The notes below the pieces were generated by a model. That model was not told the origin of the DNA. It worked only from the letters and a program-made list of their open reading frames with translations, and ran no database searches. 64,000 bases of DNA, taken from the NCBI GenBank assembly GCA_963740315.1, contig CAVUDP010000003.1, positions 224,001 through 288,000 on the forward strand. The letters are read 5' to 3'. Shown piece by piece: positions 1-12,422 of this stretch. Every line of letters begins with the position of its first letter. Within the stretch, counting starts at the first letter, position 1. The translations under genes and the position numbers were made by a program. This DNA comes from an uncultured cyanobacterium. Its GTDB lineage: Bacteria; Cyanobacteriota; Cyanobacteriia; Cyanobacteriales; Nostocaceae.

Positions 1-699
<699 letters not shown>

Positions 700-880
700 T
701 AGGGAGACCTAACCACTCATACATTAAAAGCAATTTGCCATTAGATGATGAGAAGGTACATCCTAGGTCGTAACGTAGATTAGGTATTACTTTTGGCTTT
801 CAAACAATTATAGGTTCGGTAATTAATTAGTTAATTATATTTAATAATATAAATTGATTAGTTAATTGATTATCACTTAT

Positions 881-954
<74 letters not shown>

Positions 955-1033
955 CCTGAAACAGTGAGCAGTGAACAGTGAACAGTATTCAATTAATTTG
1001 ATAACTGGTAATTGATAACTCTTAGCTGTAGAT

Positions 1034-1109
1034 GGGGGTATAGCTCAGTTGGTAGAGCGCTGCCTTTGCAAGGCAGATGTCAGCGGTTCGAGTCCGCTTA
1101 CCTCCACCA
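1034..1109 (+). tRNA. trnA: tRNA-Ala(TGC)
   Basis: GGGGGTATAGCTCAG...TTTGCAA anticodon loop...GGTTCGAGTCC...CTCCACCA with encoded CCA. Confidence 0.98.
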
Positions 1110-1139
1110 AAATTTTTATTCATCATAAGTATGGAATTT

Positions 1140-1199
1140 CAGCACCCAGACTAATAAAAGTCGGAATGCTGGATTGTTATCCAGTCAGAACCTTGAAAA
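1140..1199 (+). promoter_or_regulatory. ITS BoxB hairpin and BoxA antitermination element
   Basis: CAGCA...TGCTG stem followed by GAACCTTGAAAA, typical of the cyanobacterial ITS. Confidence 0.8.
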
Positions 1200-1311
1200 C
1201 TGCATATTCACGCGAAAATGATTTTAGGTAGTGTTTAATTGCGTAAAAGTAATTAGATATTGTATCTAGATATCCTATTTTGTCAAAATGATTGTATTGG
1301 AACATCAATGT

Positions 1312-4130
<2,819 letters not shown>

Positions 4131-4220
4131 TATCAATTGATGTTCAATGTATTAAAGATAACAATCATTACAAATAGCGTGAATATGCAGCCTTCAGGGA
4201 TTCTGTATTCCCTACAAGTT

Positions 4221-4338
4221 TCCTGGTGCCTATGGCGCGGTGGAACCACACTGACTCCATCCCGAACTCAGAGGTGAAACGCTGTTGCGGCGACGATAGT
4301 TGGAGGGTTGCCTCCTGTGAAAATAGCTCGGTGCCAGG
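4221..4338 (+). rRNA. rrf: 5S rRNA
   Basis: TCCTGGTGCC...CCATCCCGAACTC...GTGCCAGG with complementary ends. Confidence 0.97.
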
Positions 4339-4351
4339 TTTTTAATTTAAT

Positions 4352-4392
4352 AGAAAGTCTCCTTCTGTATAATTGAAGGAGACTTTCTTTTT
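4352..4392 (+). terminator. rrn intrinsic terminator
   Basis: 14-bp perfect stem AGAAAGTCTCCTTC/GAAGGAGACTTTCT followed by a T run. Confidence 0.9.
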
Positions 4393-4543
4393 GCGATATT
4401 GTTTGTCAACTTTATAGTTTTCAACATACAATCGAAGTAAAATAGAAGTTTACGGAAGTTTTTAAGGAACAAAAAGTTTGACTCTTTTAAACTAGATTGT
4501 CTGTTAACAACCTGAGTTTGACAAACAATTACTATCTTCACAA

Positions 4544-5470
4544 ATGGTATATCAGATAAATGATATTGCTTCGCAAGCTAGCCAAGGCAGTATTGCGGCA
4601 ATTATTCAAATATTGAATGAAAAGTTAGGTAATTCTGGTGTGAGAACCAGAGCGATGTTTGATAGTGGAGTTTTACAACTTTTGTGTGAAGCTCGCACCA
4701 TAGAAAGGCTTGAGAAATCAACTTTAGTACAGCAAATTAGGCAGATACTAGAATCCATCGCACCCCGGAACGTTCATAAAGTCAATATCAATAGTCGCAT
4801 TGTCCGCGAACAGCAATTATTATGGTTGGAAGAAATAAATCGCGACCCGGAAAATCAACTACTATGGTCTGAAGAAATCACTTTAAAAAAGCCGAATGCT
4901 TTAAAGCGAATAATTAAAGATTTCAAAAATAGTAAGAAAGAATCACAAAAACCACAATTACCTCAGCCCCAATCATCTCGAAATTTAATCGTTCACAACA
5001 ACAAAAAGAAAAAGTCTTACTTCGGGGGGATGATTAATGCAATTGGTTTATGCGTATTACTTTTATCCGCAGGTTGGGTTGCTTATTATTTGTTAGGTAG
5101 TAAGATTGATAATGCAATAGAAACAGCAACTTTAGATTCTGGTTCTAATGTATCCAAGATAAAATCTTTAAAACCGACAAATAGTAATCAAAATAAATTA
5201 AGAACGCCTGTTGTTGATACTTCTCCAACATCTCGATCGCAAGATGACGTTTTTGCTGTTGCGGTACGAATTGCTAACCAAGCAGTTGAAGCAGGGCAAA
5301 CAAAAAAAACTTCTGCTGAATGGTTAGATTTAGCAGCTAAATGGCAACGTGCTTCGGATTTGATGGCTGAAGTCCCATCTAATCATAGTCGTTTTAAAGA
5401 AGCGCAATCAAGAATTAAGCTTTATAAAAAATATAGTGAATCGGCGCTAAAGCAAGCAAATAAGAAGTAA
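4544..5470 (+). CDS. conserved cyanobacterial hypothetical protein with one central TM segment
   Basis: 308-aa ORF; hydrophobic stretch GLCVLLLSAGWVAYYLL; helical C-terminus. Confidence 0.75.
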   Translation: MVYQINDIASQASQGSIAAIIQILNEKLGNSGVRTRAMFDSGVLQLLCEARTIERLEKSTLVQQIRQILESIAPRNVHKVNINSRIVREQQLLWLEEINRDPENQLLWSEEITLKKPNALKRIIKDFKNSKKESQKPQLPQPQSSRNLIVHNNKKKKSYFGGMINAIGLCVLLLSAGWVAYYLLGSKIDNAIETATLDSGSNVSKIKSLKPTNSNQNKLRTPVVDTSPTSRSQDDVFAVAVRIANQAVEAGQTKKTSAEWLDLAAKWQRASDLMAEVPSNHSRFKEAQSRIKLYKKYSESALKQANKK

Positions 5471-5533
5471 TTTTAATTCTGGGCTAGGTGTATTAATGTT
5501 CAAGGTTTTGTTAATTAAAGTAAAAAATTCATT

Positions 5534-6325
5534 ATGAATAACAAAACCTTTATTAATCTTAGACGCAGCCACTTCCAAAAACCCCAGCCCTTAAATCAAC
5601 AGATAGTTGATTTGGCGTTAAATGTAGATAGTCACGCTTTTTTAAGTAATCCTGCTTCTCAAAATGTCTACCTTTACCTAACCAACTATGTAGAAGCATT
5701 TTCTGAGAATTGGTTTAAGAAAAGCTTAAGTGAATTAAAGATACTTGATTGGGGGTGCGGGAAAGGGCATATTTCCTATTTAATGCAAGAAATGGGTGCC
5801 CAAATTACCTCCTGTGACGTATTTGGTGCCCAGGACTCTAGTTTTGGTCAGAATACCCCTATTATCGAAAAAGCATCTATAAATGTTGTTCCCTTAGAAC
5901 ATCCTTATATACTTCCTTTCAAAGACAGAACCTTCGATATTATCTTGAGTTTTGGGGTACTCGAACACGTGCCCGATCGCCTTGCATCGCTTCAGGAAAT
6001 TCATCGAATATTAAAACCATCAGGTTTAATATTTTGTTTTTTTCTTCCTTACTATCTTTCTTGGACTCAGCGTTTAGCTCATCTGCTAGGGGACTTTTAC
6101 CACGACCAATTGTATAGCAAGAAAATGGTAAAAAAGCTTCTTAAGCAAACTAATCTCGAACTCCTTGATATTTGGCATCGGCAACTTCTGCCTAAAAATA
6201 GTATTTCTTACGGCAATTATCGTACTTTTGAAGTTATAGACCAATGGTTGACCGAACGTACACCTTTAAAATACACTGCAACTAATATTGAGTTTGTTGC
6301 TTGTAAAAGTCAGCCAGTGAATTGA
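5534..6325 (+). CDS. class I SAM-dependent methyltransferase
   Basis: Motifs ILDWGCGKG, FDIILSFGVLEHV, LKPSG. Confidence 0.9.
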   Translation: MNNKTFINLRRSHFQKPQPLNQQIVDLALNVDSHAFLSNPASQNVYLYLTNYVEAFSENWFKKSLSELKILDWGCGKGHISYLMQEMGAQITSCDVFGAQDSSFGQNTPIIEKASINVVPLEHPYILPFKDRTFDIILSFGVLEHVPDRLASLQEIHRILKPSGLIFCFFLPYYLSWTQRLAHLLGDFYHDQLYSKKMVKKLLKQTNLELLDIWHRQLLPKNSISYGNYRTFEVIDQWLTERTPLKYTATNIEFVACKSQPVN

Positions 6326-6342
6326 TAGTTAATAATTACAGA

Positions 6343-6503
6343 TTAATCATCAATGGTTGTAAATATTTGCTGCGAATCTAATAGAAATTTCCAATAAATT
6401 TTCACTAGTTCAGTACAAATTTTCTCCGCATTTGCTCCACGGAAATTAGTTTGCCAATGCTATCTGCCAGTCCAGCTTCAATATGCCGCAGGTATATTTG
6501 GTA
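6343..6503 (-). pseudogene. degraded antitoxin C-terminus plus start of a RelE/ParE-like toxin
   Basis: Manual minus-strand translation YQIYLRHIEAGLADSIGKLISVEQMRRKFVLN* (6503-6405) with overlapping GTG start of MKIYW...; resemblance recognised by eye only. Confidence 0.45.
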
Positions 6504-6671
6504 AAATTTAGGTTTTTACGTCAAACCGCCTGTAATGGTTGTAAGTTGCATATTACAAGAAAAAGGCAATTTTCAATTAATTAAATCATTATTACAATAC
6601 GTTTGCTGTACTGTGCGGTGCTAATAGGTAACAGTTAGACTAGTTCACATTACAGTTAAAGGAGTAATTAA

Positions 6672-7277
6672 ATGATTCAAGAGCGCGATTATACCTTAAT
6701 TATTGATAAAAGCGGTAGTATGTCAACTCCGGATCAAGCTGGTGGTAGAAGTAGATGGGAAATAATGCAAGAATCTACCCTTGCTTTAGCGAGAAAATGC
6801 GAGCAGTTTGACCCCGATGGGATGACGGTTTACCTGTTTTCCGGTAGATTTAAACGTTACGATGATGTGACTTCAGAAAAAGTCGCGCAGATATTTATGG
6901 AAAATGACCCTGCGGGTACTACTAATTTAGCTGGTGTACTTAAAGATGCCACAGATAATTACTTTAAGCGTAAAGCAGCAGGTCAAACTAAGCCCAACGG
7001 AGAAACAATTTTAGTTGTAACTGATGGCGAACCGGACGATAGAAAAGCGGTTTTTGAAGCGATTGTTAACGCTTCCCGTCAGATGGAAAAAGATGAAGAA
7101 TTAGGAATATCTATTGTTCAAGTTGGTTCGGACGCTCAAGCTACGAAATTTCTCAAAGCTTTAGATGACCAAATGGAATCAATTGGTGCAAAATTTGATA
7201 TTTGCGACACTGTAACTTTCGATGACATGGAAGATATGAGTCTTGCAGAGATATTAGAAAATGCAATTACTGATTAA
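6672..7277 (+). CDS. VWA domain protein, copy 1
   Basis: MIDAS DKSGS...T...TDG; AAGGAG RBS. Confidence 0.92.
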   Translation: MIQERDYTLIIDKSGSMSTPDQAGGRSRWEIMQESTLALARKCEQFDPDGMTVYLFSGRFKRYDDVTSEKVAQIFMENDPAGTTNLAGVLKDATDNYFKRKAAGQTKPNGETILVVTDGEPDDRKAVFEAIVNASRQMEKDEELGISIVQVGSDAQATKFLKALDDQMESIGAKFDICDTVTFDDMEDMSLAEILENAITD

Positions 7278-7300
7278 GTTAATAATAGGAGAATTAATCA

Positions 7301-7906
7301 ATGTTAGAAAATCGCGATTATACGTTAATTATTGATAAAAGCGGTAGTATGTCAACTCCAGATCAAGCTGGTGGTAGAAGTAGATGGGAAATAATGCAAG
7401 AATCTACCCTTGCTTTGGCAAGAAAATGCGAGCAGTTTGACCCCGATGGGATGACGGTTTACCTGTTTTCCGGTAGATTTAAGCGTTACGATGATGTGAC
7501 TTCAGAAAAAGTCGCGCAGATATTTATGGAAAATGACCCTGCGGGTACTACTAATTTAGCTGGTGTACTTAAAGATGCGACAGACAATTACTTTAAGCGT
7601 AAAGCAGCAGGTCAAACTAAGCTCAACGGAGAAACAATTTTAGTTGTAACTGATGGCGAACCGGATGACAGAAAAGCGGTTTTTGAAGCGATCGTCAAGG
7701 CTTCTCATCAGATGGAAAAAGATGAAGAATTAGGAATATCTTTTGTTCAAGTTGGTTCGGATGCTCAAGCTGCGAAATTTCTCAAAGCTTTAGACGATCA
7801 AATGGAATCAATTGGTGCAAAGTTTGATATTTGCGACACCGTGACTTTCGATGATATGGAAGATATGAGTCTTGCAGAAATATTAACGAATGCAATTACT
7901 GATTGA
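7301..7906 (+). CDS. VWA domain protein, copy 2
   Basis: Same motifs; 192/201 aa identical to copy 1. Confidence 0.92.
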   Translation: MLENRDYTLIIDKSGSMSTPDQAGGRSRWEIMQESTLALARKCEQFDPDGMTVYLFSGRFKRYDDVTSEKVAQIFMENDPAGTTNLAGVLKDATDNYFKRKAAGQTKLNGETILVVTDGEPDDRKAVFEAIVKASHQMEKDEELGISFVQVGSDAQAAKFLKALDDQMESIGAKFDICDTVTFDDMEDMSLAEILTNAITD

Positions 7907-7970
7907 TTATAAGGAATAGGGATAAAATTAATACCATAATCAACCAATCAATTAACAGGAGAATTAATCA

Positions 7971-8576
7971 ATGTTAGAAAATCGAGATTACACCTTGATT
8001 ATTGACAAAAGCGGTAGCATGGCAACCCCAGACCAAAAGGGTGGTAGAACTAGATGGGTAGCAGCAGAAGAATCAACTTTTGCTTTAGCGAGTAAATGCG
8101 AGCAATTAGACCCAGATGGTATTACTATTTATACATTTTCCGGTAGATTCAAAAGATATGAGAATGTCACATCTAACAAAGTGATGCAAGTGTTTCGAGA
8201 AAACGATCCTTCTGGAACTACTGATTTAGCTTCGGTATTAAAAGACGCTACCGAGAATTACTTTAAGCGGAAAGCTGCGGGTGAAACAAAGCCTAATGGC
8301 GAAACTATTTTAGTAATTACCGATGGGGAACCCGACGATCGCAAAGCGGTAATGAAGGTGATTATCGAAACTTCTCGTCGCATGGATAGGGATGAAGAAT
8401 TAGCAATTTCCTTTATTCAAGTTGGTAAAGATCCTCACGCCACTCGCTTTCTTAAAGTATTGGATGACGAGATGCAAAGCGCTGGAGCCAAGTTTGATAT
8501 CTGTGACACAATTACAATGGATGATATGGAAGATTACAGTCTTTCAGAAATATTGTTAAATGCAATTATTGATTAG
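7971..8576 (+). CDS. VWA domain protein, copy 3 (more diverged)
   Basis: DKSGS and TDG motifs; same 201-aa length. Confidence 0.92.
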   Translation: MLENRDYTLIIDKSGSMATPDQKGGRTRWVAAEESTFALASKCEQLDPDGITIYTFSGRFKRYENVTSNKVMQVFRENDPSGTTDLASVLKDATENYFKRKAAGETKPNGETILVITDGEPDDRKAVMKVIIETSRRMDRDEELAISFIQVGKDPHATRFLKVLDDEMQSAGAKFDICDTITMDDMEDYSLSEILLNAIID

Positions 8577-8603
8577 TTATTTCCATTAATCAAAATTAAA
8601 AAC

Positions 8604-9023
8604 ATGGATTCTATTGATAAGTTGTTGTCCGAACTTAAAGCCCAATATCAGCAGCCAGCTTCTCAAGCAGGAAGAGAGGAAATTGAGAACGAGAAAGTAA
8701 AGATAAAAAAAGTAAAACTTGACTCATTTCCATCTTCTTCCTCTAAAGCAGATGTAATAGATAATATTTTAGCTGAAGTGAAGCAAGATTTTGAGCAAAA
8801 ACAATTATTAGAAGAACAACAAAAGCAACAAGAACTTGAAGAGGAACGGATTAAACAAGAGCAAATTAAAGCTAAAAAATTAGAACTGTTAAAAACTCAA
8901 GCTCAAGAATGGTTAAAACAATTAGAACCATTATCTCCTGAAGGACTTTGGTTTGAAACTTTTGCTCAAAGTTATCCTTCAAAATTAGAAGCTGCAATTG
9001 AATATTTGACAGTTAACAGTTAG
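8604..9023 (+). CDS. coiled-coil protein resembling the Slr1339 salt-stress family
   Basis: MDSIDKLL start, Q/E/K-rich coil, C-terminal EGLWFETFA...LEAAIEYL. Confidence 0.65.
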   Translation: MDSIDKLLSELKAQYQQPASQAGREEIENEKVKIKKVKLDSFPSSSSKADVIDNILAEVKQDFEQKQLLEEQQKQQELEEERIKQEQIKAKKLELLKTQAQEWLKQLEPLSPEGLWFETFAQSYPSKLEAAIEYLTVNS

Positions 9024-9210
9024 CAGTTAGCAATTATCAGTTAATAATGAGTAATAAAAAATAGATTTATTGTGCAATAAGAGATCGTATTTTTATTTAT
9101 CTAATTTTCTATTTAATTTATTAATTAACTGAATTTTTCTCATAAATACTGATTTATATCGATCGTTAATAAACCCCAGCGTTCAAGTGAATACTGTTGA
9201 CTGGTAACTG

Positions 9211-9543
9211 CTAACTGTTTAAATGCTTTGCTCCCCATTCATGCATTGCATTAAGTATCGGCTGTAAACTTTCTCCTAAATTTGTGAGTGAGTATTCTAC
9301 TTTTGGGGGTATTTCTGGATAAACTTCTCGATGTACTATTCCATGTTCTTCCATTTCTCTTAATTGCTGAGTAAGCATTTTCTGGGTGATTCCGGGTAAA
9401 GCACGCTGTAATTCTCCAAAGCGTCTTACACCTAAGAGTAATTCTCTAATAATTAATACTTTCCACCGTCCACCTATTACTTGAAGCGTGGTTTCTACTT
9501 CACAGCTAACCATCTTCTTAGGGTTTTCCGCTTTTGCTTTCAT
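9211..9543 (-). CDS. HxlR/DUF24 winged-helix transcriptional regulator
   Basis: [16 protein letters not shown]...RFGEL...PPKVEYSLT; likely start ATG at 9543. Confidence 0.92.
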   Translation of the reverse strand: MKAKAENPKKMVSCEVETTLQVIGGRWKVLIIRELLLGVRRFGELQRALPGITQKMLTQQLREMEEHGIVHREVYPEIPPKVEYSLTNLGESLQPILNAMHEWGAKHLNS

Positions 9544-9545
9544 AG

Positions 9546-9584
9546 TTACTTTTTGGTAAGTACCCAACTTTTAAGTGCGTACTT
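9546..9584. promoter_or_regulatory. putative HxlR-family operator
   Basis: TTAC-N6-GTAA palindrome (9546-9559) and near-palindrome AAGTGCGTACTT (9573-9584) directly upstream of the regulator. Confidence 0.5.
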
Positions 9585-9600
9585 TTCATCATACCTTCAC

Positions 9601-9726
9601 CTAGTACAGACGAGCGTAAGTCAGGTACTCATATAATTAAACGACTTATAGACTTACAAATTTTATAAAAACCCGACTTCTGACCATTAAAATTAGGGGT
9701 GCGCTATTTAAGCCGTGTGGTACTAG
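9601..9726. mobile_element. MITE-like element, family 1 (short copy)
   Basis: Termini CTAGTAC...GTACTAG; homologous to 15476-15666. Confidence 0.75.
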
Positions 9727-9759
9727 TTTAAAGGTCAACTTTTGAGGAGAACACTTCGG

Positions 9760-9880
9760 AATCAACCTGTAATTGCCGATAAAAATTCTGCGGTAATGGA
9801 ATTGATTCGGATACTTATTACTGGTGTAGCTGCGGTAAATCTAAAAATCAGTCTTTTTGTGATGGTTCTCATAGTAAACA
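9760..9880 (+). pseudogene. CDGSH iron-sulfur domain protein remnant
   Basis: NQPVIADKNSAVMEL, then frameshift, then DTYYWCSCGKSKNQSFCDGSH; GAGGAG RBS at 9744 but no start codon; truncated by a repeat. Confidence 0.8.
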
Positions 9881-9972
9881 GGACTTACACAGGGATAATG
9901 GAAAATATAGTATTCTAGATACTGAGATCCCCCCAACCCCCCTTATTTAAGGGGGGCTTTGCCTAAGTACTA
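9880..9972. mobile_element. MITE-like element, family 2
   Basis: Imperfect ends AGGACTTACACA/TGCCTAAGTACT; internal CCCCCCTT-ATTT-AAGGGGGG hairpin; right part repeated at 52173-52220. Confidence 0.55.
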
Positions 9973-10089
9973 GGTAAACTCTAAATAATTTTAAATAATG
10001 TTTAGTATCAAAAAATAACCCGCTATTTTGAAGATAGCAGGTTTCTAACTTTCCGATTTTTTTATAAATAAATATAATTTCGGGCTGAT

Positions 10090-10590
10090 TTATCTAGAAG
10101 TAGCTTTTAAAAACTTATTAACAAGATTATTGAAAGAACTTTTTAACTGATGCTTGCGCTGCCATCTTTGGAAAGCTGCTTCATAATCTTCACCTTTAGT
10201 TTGAAAAGTATTCCACCCATCCAAACCTACAAACATACCCCAGAATAATACAATGAAAAGCGACCAGCTAAGCCCGCCACCTGTAATAAAATCCATTGAT
10301 AGTAAAAATGTATTGATAATAGCGTAATTACCCGCACGCTTTTTAAATCTTCTTTTGCGATGGATGTCAAATGCTTGTCTATGCTGTATTTCGCCTTGTT
10401 TTGTTACCCAATCTTCTTCCGCTAATTTTAGAGTTTCCGGGGAGATATCTAACTCCTCAGCGATTTCTAAAAGTACTTCGTGAGAAAACTCTTTGTCATC
10501 ATCAGTTTGACGTGCGATCGCCAACTGCAAAATTTGCTGTACGTCTTCTTGGCTATAACAACGACTAATTTTATCTCCCGAATTCGCCAT
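10090..10590 (-). CDS. 2TM domain-containing protein
   Basis: YSQEDVQQIL N-terminus and two C-terminal hydrophobic helices. Confidence 0.75.
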   Translation of the reverse strand: MANSGDKISRCYSQEDVQQILQLAIARQTDDDKEFSHEVLLEIAEELDISPETLKLAEEDWVTKQGEIQHRQAFDIHRKRRFKKRAGNYAIINTFLLSMDFITGGGLSWSLFIVLFWGMFVGLDGWNTFQTKGEDYEAAFQRWQRKHQLKSSFNNLVNKFLKATSR

Positions 10591-10772
10591 AATAATCTCT
10601 TCTATTACTTTCAATAGAGAATTTGTTCCTCAAGCACAGAGTATTGCTACTATCTCTAGGGTAACAAATCAATCGGGACAAAGGTTTTAAGTTACAAGTT
10701 AATAGTTAGAAGTTGGTAGTTAAGAATTATTTCCCGCCTCTCGCCCTTCTACCCTCATCCGGGAGCATCCTC

Positions 10773-10887
10773 TTACCTATTAAGAGCAATTGGAATTTCA
10801 ATCCTAAATTCCGTACCTTTTCCTGGAGAAGAAAAACATTCTAATTTTCCACCATGCTTTTCTACTACGATTTGATAGCTTAATACT
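10773..10887 (-). pseudogene. histidine kinase HATPase C-terminal fragment
   Basis: Minus strand reads SYQIVVEKHGGKLECFSSPGKGTEFRIEIPIALNR*; no upstream frame. Confidence 0.8.
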
Positions 10888-10996
10888 TATATCTATAGAT
10901 AGAAGAAAAAATGATAAAAATGTTTTTGTAAATAGAAAAAAATATATTATATAGAGCGGACAACTGCCCACCCTAAAAAAGTATTAAACTGATAAA

Positions 10997-11470
10997 TTAG
11001 TTATTCGTGACTGCTGTTGTGACATCCGTTGTTGTCTGGGTTGATTTCTTAGAGAAAAATCTTTGAGAAATCCAGAATGTGAAAATATGAGAAAGCAAAC
11101 CTAAAGGACCAGCAAATAAACAAAGTGCGAGGGAATGGAAAGTCCAAACACCAGTTTTGACTCCAGCTAAATAAATGTAACGTCCCACAAATAAATCCAT
11201 TACCAAGAAATGAATCCAGCCAGTTGCAGCAGCAGTTTCATCCGCGAAAAAACGGGCAATATCTGCTAATTGGGGATTAGATAAGGCTTCAGCATTTTCC
11301 GGTGTAATGCTGCTGATAAATAAATATAAATACAGTCCAGCTAATGGTACAAATGGAATATACGATTTCATAACTCGTTGAGTAACTTTCCACTTTGGTA
11401 AAAAAATCATCAACACCCAAAAAGGTAAGACAAAAAGATTTGCAATACTAAATAGTTCGCTGACAGACAT
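10997..11470 (-). CDS. ABA4-like (DUF4281) membrane protein
   Basis: VLPFWVLMIFLP and GWIHFLVMDLFVGR motifs. Confidence 0.85.
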   Translation of the reverse strand: MSVSELFSIANLFVLPFWVLMIFLPKWKVTQRVMKSYIPFVPLAGLYLYLFISSITPENAEALSNPQLADIARFFADETAAATGWIHFLVMDLFVGRYIYLAGVKTGVWTFHSLALCLFAGPLGLLSHIFTFWISQRFFSKKSTQTTTDVTTAVTNN

Positions 11471-11656
11471 AAAAAGAACTCCGCATTAAATAATCATCAC
11501 AAGTATAATTGTTGTTTGTTGAAAAAATATTATGTTTATTCCGAAACCAGTTAAAATATTTAATTACAGCAAAAAATAATTTAAATTAAACATTCAATAT
11601 CATAATATACTTATTACCTTTGACATACAGACCTTTAACCTAAAACGGAGTGGCTC

Positions 11657-12385
11657 TTGGCAACTATTAAATGTTTTGATATAACTTTTTCTAACATTCA
11701 AGCAATTTTATTTGACAAAAACGGTACTTTAGAAGATTCAGAAGTAGATTTACGTAGCTTTGCTCAAAAAGCAGCCCGAATTATTGACGCACAAATACCG
11801 GGTATTGGCGAACCTTTATTAATGGCATTTGGCGTTAATGGCGATACTTTAGATGCTGCGGGTTTAATAGCTGTAGCAAGTCGTCGGGAAACAGAAATCG
11901 CCGCAGCAGCTTACATTGCAGAAACGGGAAGAGGTTGGATTGAATCCTTAGAAATAGCCCGTAAAAGTTTAGACGAAGCAGATAAATATTTGGGTGATTC
12001 CCCTTCGCAATTATTTCCAGGTAGCTTGGAAATAATACAAAAGCTTTCGCAAGCAGGATTAAAGCTGGGTATACTTTCAGCTGCTACAACCCAAGAAGTA
12101 AGTAAGTTTGTAAAAGCTCATCAACTCCACGACTATATAAACTTAGAAATGGGAGTAGACGGTAATATATTTAAACCAGATCCGACTTTGTTTTTACAAG
12201 CTTGCGAAAAAATGGGAGTAGAGCCAAGCGCTACGTTGATGGTGGGAGATTCCGTTGGCGATATGCAAATGGCACGCAATGCGAAAGCTGCTGGCTGCAT
12301 TGGTATTACTTGGATTAGTAAATTGGATAATGTTCGAGGTGCGGATGTGGTAATTAATAAATTAGATGAAATTCAAGTTTGTTAA
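11657..12385 (+). CDS. HAD-family hydrolase
   Basis: FDKNGTL, KPDP and MVGDSVGD motifs. Confidence 0.88.
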   Translation: MATIKCFDITFSNIQAILFDKNGTLEDSEVDLRSFAQKAARIIDAQIPGIGEPLLMAFGVNGDTLDAAGLIAVASRRETEIAAAAYIAETGRGWIESLEIARKSLDEADKYLGDSPSQLFPGSLEIIQKLSQAGLKLGILSAATTQEVSKFVKAHQLHDYINLEMGVDGNIFKPDPTLFLQACEKMGVEPSATLMVGDSVGDMQMARNAKAAGCIGITWISKLDNVRGADVVINKLDEIQVC

Positions 12386-12422
12386 TCAATGAACAATTAC
12401 CAATTATCAATTACCAAACATT

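Noticed and set aside
821..867. Long AT-rich inverted repeat
   Set aside because: Ordinary variable helix of the cyanobacterial 16S-23S ITS
6540..6558. TGTAA...TTACA as an NtcA site upstream of the VWA genes
   Set aside because: Spacing is GTA-N10-TAC, not the GTA-N8-TAC consensus
6672..7906. Near-identical VWA copies as a diversity-generating retroelement TR/VR pair
   Set aside because: No reverse transcriptase; both are full ORFs and differences are not adenine-specific
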